NCBI GenBank assembly: GCA_035527715.1
Contig: DATKZY010000187.1
Span: 49,388-113,387, forward strand
From: Planctomycetota bacterium
Lineage (GTDB): Bacteria > Planctomycetota > PUPC01 > DSUN01
DNA: 64,000 nt
Direction of reading: 5' to 3'
In this document: one piece after another, positions 45,188-51,874 of the stretch
How positions within the stretch are numbered: position 1 is the stretch's first letter
Layout: every line of letters begins with the position of its first letter
Notes under the pieces: generated by a model
The model's input: only the letters and a program-made list of their open reading frames with translations
Told to the model about the DNA's origin: nothing
The model's database searches: none
Translations under genes and position numbers: made by a program

Positions 45188-45216
45188 GGGGTCACATCTT
45201 CCTTGTCATTTGGCAA
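45188..45216. mobile_element. Degenerate solo left arm of palindromic element family A (GGGGTCACATCTTC-cttgtc-ATTTGGCAA), intergenic
   Basis: It matches the A-family left arm apart from a 6-nt insertion. No right arm follows. Confidence 0.5.
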
Positions 45217-45343
45217 TCAGAGTCGGCCCATTGACTCCGGGGGGCGGTCGGGGTAGTCTATTGTGTTAGTGCGATGGCGGGGCGGGTCAGAAGGCGCGGA
45301 GCCTGGCGTGACACCCGTAACACGAAACCCGGAACAAGGCATC

Positions 45344-46258
45344 GTGAATGCGATGAGCTGCGACCTCGAGGAGTACTTCCAGGTGCAGTGCTGCGACGGG
45401 GTGATCGCGCCCGAGGCGTGGGACACCATGCCTTCGCGCCTGGAGCCGAGCACGGAACGGGTGCTGGCGCTGCTCGACGAGGCAGGCGTGAAAGCGACCT
45501 TTTTCGTCCTGGGCTGGAACGCCGAGCGGCACCCCGACCTGGTGCGGCGCATCGCGGCTGCGGGCCACGAGATCGCCTCGCACGGCTACGCGCACAAGAT
45601 GATCCCCGACCAGAGGCCCGAGGAGTTCCGGGCCGACGTGTGCCGGGCCAAAGCGCTGCTGGAGGACCTCACGGGCCGGCCCGTGCTGGGCTACCGGGCG
45701 CCGACCTTCTCGATCACCGAGCGCTCGCGGTGGGCCATCGCCATCCTGGCCGAGGCCGGCTACCGCTACGATTCGAGCGTCTTCCCCATCCGCCACGACC
45801 GCTACGGCATCCCCGACGCCCCGCGATTCCTGCATGAGCTGAACGGGGCGGAGTGCGGAATGCGGGGTGCGGAATGCGGGGTGCGGAATGCGGAAGGGAC
45901 GGACAGGCCGCACCTCATTGAGTTCCCGCCCACGACTCTGCGGGTGCTGGGCACGAACGTGCCGGTGGCGGGCGGCGGCTACCTGCGGCTCCTTCCCGCG
46001 CGGCTGATTCTGGCCGCGCTGCGCCGCGTGAACCGCCTGGGGCACCCGGCCATCGTGTACTTTCATCCCTGGGAGCTGGACCCCGAGGCGCCGCGGCTGC
46101 CGCTGCGGGGCCTGCGCCGCTTCCGCCACTACGTGGGCCTTGCCCGCGCGGCCGCCAAGTTGCGGCTCCTGCTGCGCGGCCTCGCCTTCACCACTGCCGC
46201 CACGGTCGTCGGGCACTGGGTGGCCGCGCACCACAAGGGGGAAACAGCGAATGGGTAG
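45344..46258 (+). CDS. Exosortase-system-associated polysaccharide deacetylase (TIGR03006-like, DUF3473 + NodB). It carries an in-frame 49-nt heptamer array.
   Basis: VNAMSCDLEEYFQV...ATFFVLGW...ASHGYAHK...LGYRAPTFS matches the XrtA/PEP-CTERM-locus deacetylase family. An alternative start is ATG 45352. The array at 45848..45896 encodes GAECGMRGAECGVRNAEG. Confidence 0.8.
   Translation: MNAMSCDLEEYFQVQCCDGVIAPEAWDTMPSRLEPSTERVLALLDEAGVKATFFVLGWNAERHPDLVRRIAAAGHEIASHGYAHKMIPDQRPEEFRADVCRAKALLEDLTGRPVLGYRAPTFSITERSRWAIAILAEAGYRYDSSVFPIRHDRYGIPDAPRFLHELNGAECGMRGAECGVRNAEGTDRPHLIEFPPTTLRVLGTNVPVAGGGYLRLLPARLILAALRRVNRLGHPAIVYFHPWELDPEAPRLPLRGLRRFRHYVGLARAAAKLRLLLRGLAFTTAATVVGHWVAAHHKGETANG
45848..45896. 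repeat. Heptanucleotide array of 7 units: GCGGAGT GCGGAAT GCGGGGT GCGGAAT GCGGGGT GCGGAAT GCGGAAG, in-frame in a CDS
   Basis: It also reads as a 14-mer (GTGCGGAATGCGGG) repeated three times. Confidence 0.85.
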
Positions 46259-46574
46259 TCTCGCAACCGTGCTGGATTGCGTGTTTATCGTCGCGTTCGG
46301 CGCCTGGGCCTACGTGGCAGCCGGGCGCAAACGACGCGATCAGGTGGGCTGGCCCCTCATCGCCGCCGTGGCCTTCTGGCTCCCCGGCTATCTCATGCAG
46401 GACGTGATCTTCCCGCTCCTGGCCGAGAAGCTGGGCTGGACGGCCGAGTGCCAGGCGGCGTGGCGAAAGCCGTCGGCCTACATCGTCGGCGGCCTGTGCG
46501 CCCTGGGGGTGGACCTGTACCTGACGTTCTTCGTGCGCCCGGCAGCGGAGCCGCCGAAGCAGGCGGCGCCGTAG
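46252..46574 (+). CDS. Small 2-TM membrane protein. It is a paralog of the N-terminal domain of the exosortase gene.
   Basis: 107 aa. It is about 75% identical to residues 1-100 of the 46623 gene (FIV.FGAWAYV...KRRD.VGW.LIAAVAFWLPGYLMQDV.FPLLA). Confidence 0.55.
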
Positions 46575-46622
46575 GCGGCCCCGCGCGGCCGCACGCCAGG
46601 CCCCCGGCGGGAGAATCTGCGA

Positions 46623-48191
46623 ATGGATAAGATCGCCGCTCTGCTGGATGGCGTCTTCATCGTCGTCTTCGGCGCCTGGGCCTACGTCGTCGCCAAGAGG
46701 AAGCGGCGCGACGAGGTCGGCTGGCTGCTCATTGCCGCCGTGGCCTTCTGGCTGCCGGGGTACCTGATGCAGGACGTCCTCTTCCCGCTTCTGGCGAAGC
46801 ACCTCGGGTGGACGCCCGAGTGCCAGGAGACGTGGCGGAAGCCCTCGGCCTTCATCGTCGGCGGCCTGTGTGCCCTGCTCGTGGACCTCTATCTGACGTT
46901 GTTCGTCAAGCCGCTGCCCCCGGCGCCCGAGGCGGGCGGCGGGGCGCCGCCGGCCGCCGGGGCCGGCCCGACCCCTCCGCCGGGCGAGGGCGGCGAGGCC
47001 CAGCCGCCCGCGGCCGGCGACGAGGGGGCCGCTGCACAGGAGATGGGCGCGCCCGCCCCAGCGGCCGGCCCCGACCTCCGCGCCGAGGGCCCCCTGGACT
47101 ACCTGGCCCGCTACTGGCCCACGGGCATCATCGTCCTCATGTACCTCCTCCCTACCCTCGATGCCTTCGAGCCGATCATGCCGCGCCTCGGCTTCACCCG
47201 AGTCCACGGCGGGCCCTACCCGCCCTATCGCGAGCTCGCGGCGTCCCTGCTCGTGGGCGTGCAGGTGTGGCTCTGGGGCCGGCGACTGGCGCCTGCGCTC
47301 CTGTGCGCCCTGTTCTGCGCGGCGTTCATCCCCGAGATGAACTGGATGGAGTGGCAGTGGAGCCGCGGCAGCTCCTACTACTCGCACGGCTACCTGGTGC
47401 CCTTCGTGACCCTGTGGCTCGTGTGGATGAACCGCCAGCGCCTGGCGAAGCTGGAGCCGAAGGGCGACCTGTGCGGCGTGGGGCTTCTCACCCTCGGGTT
47501 TGGCCTGCTGCTCCTGCTGGCGGGCGCCTACCTGCGCATGGGCTCCATTCAGGGGGCGAGCTTTCTCGTCGTGCTCTGCGGCCTCGTGTTCTTCCTCTAC
47601 GGCCGCGCGATCAGCCGCGTGCTCCTCTTCCCCCTGCTGTTCACCGCCTCGATGATCCCGCTGTCCATGTGGGCGCTCGACGCCTTCACGTTTCCGCTGA
47701 AGATGTTCGCCACCGCCGGCACGGTGCAGGTCGTCAACGGCCTCCACACCGCCGGGATGCATCCCCACCGCGTGGCGCAGGAGGGGAATGAGGTGACGTG
47801 GCGCCTGGCCGACGGCACGAAGGACAAGCTGACGGTGGCCGAGGCGTGCAGCGGCCTGAAATCGCTCATCGCCCTCCTCACCTTCGGCGCCCTGCTGGCC
47901 TACCTGGCCAAGCTCTCGCGGCGGCACAAGCTCGTGCTGTTCCTCGCCGGGATCCCCGTGGCGCTCCTGGCCAACATGTGGCGCATCATCACCCTGGTTC
48001 TGCTCGCGGGCCGCTGGGGCTCGAAGGTGGCGCAGCCCGACCACTTCGTGCACGATGCGACCGGCCTGGGCATTTTCGTCGTGGCCTTCATCCTTTTCTT
48101 CACCTTCGAGCGCGTGCTCCAGAGGTTCGAGCCCGGCGGCGCCGAGGCGGAGCCGCAGGACCTTGGACCCCTCGTCGCCGCCTCACCCTGA
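46623..48191 (+). CDS. xrtA: Exosortase (XrtA-like) fused to an N-terminal small-membrane-protein domain and a Pro/Gly/Ala-rich linker
   Basis: The exosortase hallmarks are SSYYSHGYLVPFV, the catalytic-Cys motif VAEACSGLKSLIAL and LANMWRIITL (N..R). It is polytopic. The first 100 aa duplicate the upstream small gene. Confidence 0.8.
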   Translation: MDKIAALLDGVFIVVFGAWAYVVAKRKRRDEVGWLLIAAVAFWLPGYLMQDVLFPLLAKHLGWTPECQETWRKPSAFIVGGLCALLVDLYLTLFVKPLPPAPEAGGGAPPAAGAGPTPPPGEGGEAQPPAAGDEGAAAQEMGAPAPAAGPDLRAEGPLDYLARYWPTGIIVLMYLLPTLDAFEPIMPRLGFTRVHGGPYPPYRELAASLLVGVQVWLWGRRLAPALLCALFCAAFIPEMNWMEWQWSRGSSYYSHGYLVPFVTLWLVWMNRQRLAKLEPKGDLCGVGLLTLGFGLLLLLAGAYLRMGSIQGASFLVVLCGLVFFLYGRAISRVLLFPLLFTASMIPLSMWALDAFTFPLKMFATAGTVQVVNGLHTAGMHPHRVAQEGNEVTWRLADGTKDKLTVAEACSGLKSLIALLTFGALLAYLAKLSRRHKLVLFLAGIPVALLANMWRIITLVLLAGRWGSKVAQPDHFVHDATGLGIFVVAFILFFTFERVLQRFEPGGAEAEPQDLGPLVAASP

Positions 48192-48856
48192 TGCCGGAGA
48201 AAACGCCCATGCGCACCCTCAACCAGCGCTACGCCGTGGCCAGCGTTCTCCTGGGGGCTGTGGCGCCCCTCGTCCTTTACCTGAGCTACAGCGTCCCGCC
48301 GCCCTCCGACGTCGGGAACATCGCCAAGGCCATCCCCTCGGACCTCGGGAAGTGGACGGCTGTGGACGAGAAGGTCGGCGGGACCCCTGAGGAAAGGGCG
48401 ATCCTCCAGACCGATGCCATCTTCACGCGCACCTACTCGTGCGGCACCTTCCCCAGTTTCGACCTCTCGATCGTCTACGCCCAGGACAACCCCAACGCCA
48501 TCCATCCCCCCGAGCTGTGCTACAAGGGCAGCGGCTGGACCGAGACGGTCCGCGACACGATCGCGCTCGCCGTCGGCGAGCAGGTGTTCCACCTGAATCG
48601 CCGGCACTTCGTCCGCGGCACGGGAGCCCGCATGTGGGTCCTCTACTGGTTCAAGGCCGGCTCGGAGAACACCCCCCGCTACCTGAGCTTCCACTGGGCG
48701 GCGCTCAAGGCGCGGCTGCTGCGGAGCGGCTGCTCGTGCGCCCTCCTCCAGGTGCGGGCCGAGTTCGACCCGTCCGCCCACGGCAGCGAGGTGCTGGCGG
48801 AGCTTCAGAAGTTCGCCGCTGTCGCCATACCGGCCGTCAGCGCCGCCATCCCCTAG
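48191..48856 (+). CDS. epsI: EpsI-family exosortase-associated protein
   Basis: It has an N-terminal TM. IHPPELCYKGSGW matches the EpsI signature (HsPe.Cl.G.GW). TGATG overlaps the exosortase stop. An alternative start is ATG 48209. Confidence 0.75.
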   Translation: MPEKTPMRTLNQRYAVASVLLGAVAPLVLYLSYSVPPPSDVGNIAKAIPSDLGKWTAVDEKVGGTPEERAILQTDAIFTRTYSCGTFPSFDLSIVYAQDNPNAIHPPELCYKGSGWTETVRDTIALAVGEQVFHLNRRHFVRGTGARMWVLYWFKAGSENTPRYLSFHWAALKARLLRSGCSCALLQVRAEFDPSAHGSEVLAELQKFAAVAIPAVSAAIP

Positions 48857-49318
48857 GCTCCCACGGGCGTCCCGCGGGGGCCGCCAGCCGCGCGCGTGGG
48901 ACCCATCACCTGTCCGAAATCCCTGAATGCCCGCCGGGCCGCCCCAACACTGTTTGCGAATGGACACATGCGGTTCCGGGGAGCGAACACGACGCCATGT
49001 CCAGACCCAGCCGCGACTTAGGTGCGCGGACCCTCTCTCAGGCGTCTGGTGCTGCTGACAACGGGCGGCCCCGTGCTCGGGGCGCCGCGGAGGGGGAGGG
49101 CGCCCCATGTCGGAGGCCGGCTCCGCAAGTCCTGCTTCCATAAGCCTTTAGCTATTCTCGCGGCGGCGGCTGCGCCCCGTGCCGCAACCGGCATGAATGT
49201 TGCTGTGTACCCCACCGGGCGGAGTGGTGCGCGAGGCGACGCTGCGCAGAGATGTGTTGGCGGCGAGCCGCCACCTTCCGCCAGAGAACCCCCGGACGGC
49301 TCGGTGGGAGTGCGCCCG

Positions 49319-49723
49319 ATGAGTGCCCCGACGCGACCATCGGTAGAGCGGCGCAGGTATCGGCGCTTCGAGCTCTCCGCGCCCCTCGTCTTCACCGTCA
49401 AGACGAAGGCCGGCACCAGCGTGTCCCACTCCGGCATCACCCGCAACGTGAGCCCCGGCGGCCTCTACTTCTGCACCCTCGCGGCGCAGGATCTCCATCC
49501 ACAGCAAGAAGTTACGGTGAACATCATCGTCCCGCGCCGGGGGAACCCCTCCGAGGCGACCGTGTCCCTCTCTGGCGAGGCGAGGGTCGTTCGAGCCGAG
49601 CGATTGCCTGCGTCGGCCGACGCCTTGGCCCGCGATGGCGAATGGTGGGGGGTCGCCGCGCAGTTCACGGGCCGGCCCCGCGTTGACCTCTCCAGCGTTG
49701 ACGACCTCTTCGGCGGCACGTAG
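49319..49723 (+). CDS. PilZ domain protein (putative c-di-GMP receptor)
   Basis: 134 aa. The RRYRRFEL (RxxxR) and NVSPGGLYF (DxSxxG-like) motifs are correctly spaced. The track ORF starts at 49022, but the upstream part is not protein-like. Confidence 0.7.
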   Translation: MSAPTRPSVERRRYRRFELSAPLVFTVKTKAGTSVSHSGITRNVSPGGLYFCTLAAQDLHPQQEVTVNIIVPRRGNPSEATVSLSGEARVVRAERLPASADALARDGEWWGVAAQFTGRPRVDLSSVDDLFGGT

Positions 49724-50041
49724 CCAACGGCCGTTTCCCACGCGCCGCAGCCATCCCGCGCCGCTCGAGCGGGGGCCTGCTGGGGCCATCGGCGGCCCGG
49801 ATTCCGAAAAACAAGACAGGCCCGCGCTGCGGAGCGGACAACTCGCCTGCCCGGCCGCGCGCCGCGGCGGGCCGGCTGCGGGTCGCCCGCGGAAGCTGCC
49901 GGCGTAAGCTACAGGTGCGTAACGACTTGTGAAGTGCCGCCAGAGCGAGGCCGCGAACTGGTATTTCCGCGTCGGACGGCACGGTTGTTGCAGCCTCCCA
50001 CCACAGGTGTGTGTGGCAGTTGCCTGTGAGGGTCTTTGTCG

Positions 50042-50725
50042 ATGCCAGAGCCGGCAACCATTCTCGTCCTTGGCGGTGGAGCGGGCGCGCTATACCTGCG
50101 CTTCTTCCGCAACCGCTACGCCGAGTTCAAGCGTGCGACTGACATCCTGTTCGCCCTGCCGGGTGTCGCGATCGCGGCCCCGATCACCCTGTTCCTCGCC
50201 CTCCTGGTCAAGCTCACCTCGCGCGGGCCGGCCTTCTACCTCCAGGAGCGGGTGGGCAAGGACGGTAGGGTCTTCAAAATCATAAAGTTACGCACAATGG
50301 TCGCCAACGCCGAGGCGGCCACCGGCCCCGTGTGGGCGGCGGCGAACGACCCGCGCGAAACCTGGCTCGGCCGGATCCTGCGGCGCACCCATCTTGACGA
50401 GTTGCCGCAGTTCTGGAACGTTCTGCGCGGCGACATGAGCCTCATCGGCCCCCGGCCCGAGCGCCCCGTGTTCGTCGAGAAGTTCCGGAGGGAGATCCCC
50501 GGCTACGCCGCGCGCCTCACCGTCCGCCCGGGCATCACCGGCTGGGCACAAGTCAACCACCCCTACGACCGATCCGTCGAGGACGTGCGGCGCAAGGTCG
50601 AGTTCGACGCCGAGTACATCCGTAAAATGGGCTGGGGCATTGACTTGCGCATCATGGCCGCCACCGCCGCCCGCATGCTCAGCCTCCGTTCTCGTCCCGC
50701 CGCCAACGCGGGCAAGCACTCCTGA
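50042..50725 (+). CDS. Polyprenyl-phosphate sugar phosphotransferase (bacterial sugar transferase, WbaP/WcaJ C-terminal domain type; EpsL-like)
   Basis: KRATDILFALPGVAIAAPITLFLALLVKLTSRGPAFYLQERVGKDGRVFKIIKLRTM...DELPQFWNVLRGDMSLIGPRP is the canonical Bac_transf pattern. TTG 50036 is an alternative start. Confidence 0.85.
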   Translation: MPEPATILVLGGGAGALYLRFFRNRYAEFKRATDILFALPGVAIAAPITLFLALLVKLTSRGPAFYLQERVGKDGRVFKIIKLRTMVANAEAATGPVWAAANDPRETWLGRILRRTHLDELPQFWNVLRGDMSLIGPRPERPVFVEKFRREIPGYAARLTVRPGITGWAQVNHPYDRSVEDVRRKVEFDAEYIRKMGWGIDLRIMAATAARMLSLRSRPAANAGKHS

Positions 50726-50897
50726 CGTCCGGCAACCCCCTCTCCCTCCCACGGCCCATCGCACTGTGCTGCGTCTGCCACGCCCGTGGCAGCCCAGGCT
50801 GACCGGTTTGGCTGACACGGTCGGGGATGAGGCCCGCGCGACGAGAAGCTCGCTTCGCGACCACGGGCCAGGCCAGGAGTTCTTGGGGGGAGGTGGG

Positions 50898-50935
50898 CGG
50901 GGAGGGGACTTCCTTGCGAGGAAAGTCCCTCCCCG
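50898..50935. terminator. Strong GC hairpin cGGGGAGGGGACTTCCT-tgcg-AGGAAAGTCCCTCCCCg between convergent genes. It is a putative bidirectional terminator.
   Basis: About 16 bp of stem. It lies 12 nt downstream of the minus-strand TIM-barrel gene stop and about 170 nt downstream of the plus-strand sugar transferase. There is no clear U-tract. Confidence 0.4.
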
Positions 50936-50946
50936 CTGCATTCGTG

Positions 50947-51744
50947 TCAGCCGAGATAGCTTTTCATCGTGGCGAGTTCGCGGGGGAGGTGGGTCTGCCA
51001 GGGCTCCCAGTTGATCCATTCGCCGCTGAGGTAGCCGTCGTAGCCGATGCTGCGGAGGAGCGCGACGGCGCGGCGGTGGTCTATGAAGCCCTGGCCGATG
51101 GGGCAGAGCTGAGTGCCCTTGTCGCCGCGCGTGCCGTCGTGGAAGTGGACGTGGCGGATGTCGGGGCGGAGGACGTCGAACGCCTCGTCCATCGTCATGC
51201 CCGCGGCGTTGACGGGATGCATGATGTCCCAGTTGACGCGGACGTTGGGGTGTCCGACGCGCTCGATGACGGCGGCGAGGTCGTGGGCGTTGCACCAGGA
51301 GTCGTGGGTCTCGACGCAGAGGGTGACGCCGGCGGCGCGGGCCTCGGGGGCGAGGGCGGCGAGGGAGTCGGCGAGCTGCGTCGCGGCGGTGTCGCGGGTC
51401 ATGCCCTGGGGGATGCCGCCTCCGAAGACGCGCATGGTGGGGGCGCCGAGGTCGTGCGCGAGGGCGATGAGGGCGCGGGAGTCGGCCATCATGCGGCTCA
51501 GCTCGGCGGGGGTCGGCGCCGTGTAGGAGCAGGAGGTGGCGAGGCAGGCGATGCCCACGTCGGCGTCCTCGGCCATGCGGCGGAGCAGGGCGCGCTGGCC
51601 CGCGGTGGTGGACGGCTCGACGCCGTGGAGGTGCTTGGCCTGGGCGCGCGGCTCGACGCCGTCGTAGCCCAGGCGGCGGGCCACGTCGAGCACCTCGGCC
51701 CAGGTGAGGTCGGGGCACGAGAAGGTCATGAAGCTGAACTTCAC
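50947..51744 (-). CDS. Sugar phosphate isomerase/epimerase (xylose-isomerase-like TIM barrel)
   Basis: Metal-binding-like motifs CVETHDSW and HVHFHDG are present. AGGAG lies 8 nt upstream of GTG 51744. The track's upstream ATG at 51762 is less likely. Confidence 0.8.
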   Translation of the reverse strand: MKFSFMTFSCPDLTWAEVLDVARRLGYDGVEPRAQAKHLHGVEPSTTAGQRALLRRMAEDADVGIACLATSCSYTAPTPAELSRMMADSRALIALAHDLGAPTMRVFGGGIPQGMTRDTAATQLADSLAALAPEARAAGVTLCVETHDSWCNAHDLAAVIERVGHPNVRVNWDIMHPVNAAGMTMDEAFDVLRPDIRHVHFHDGTRGDKGTQLCPIGQGFIDHRRAVALLRSIGYDGYLSGEWINWEPWQTHLPRELATMKSYLG

Positions 51745-51783
51745 CGGCGAACTCCTAATCATGGCAAGACTCGATCAGCCGGC

Positions 51784-51817
51784 CGGGATTCCGCGTGCAA
51801 GTATGCACACGGAATTC
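51784..51817. promoter_or_regulatory. Imperfect palindrome GGGATTCCGCGTGCA-agta-TGCACACGGAATTCT in the 130-bp spacer between the TIR gene and the TIM-barrel gene
   Basis: Inverted repeat built from the GGATTCC/CGGAAT heptamer motif. It is followed by ATCCGAAATCG. It is a candidate operator or attenuator. Confidence 0.3.
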
Positions 51818-51874
51818 TGGCACCATCCGAAATCGAGCCGGCGGGCTTGCTACACGAACTCCTGAAACAGGACC

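Noticed and set aside
49022-49318. Long N-terminal extension of the PilZ ORF
   Set aside because: The sequence upstream of ATG 49319 is Arg/Gly/Pro-rich with no TM or domain features. A PilZ domain of about 130 aa is complete from 49319.
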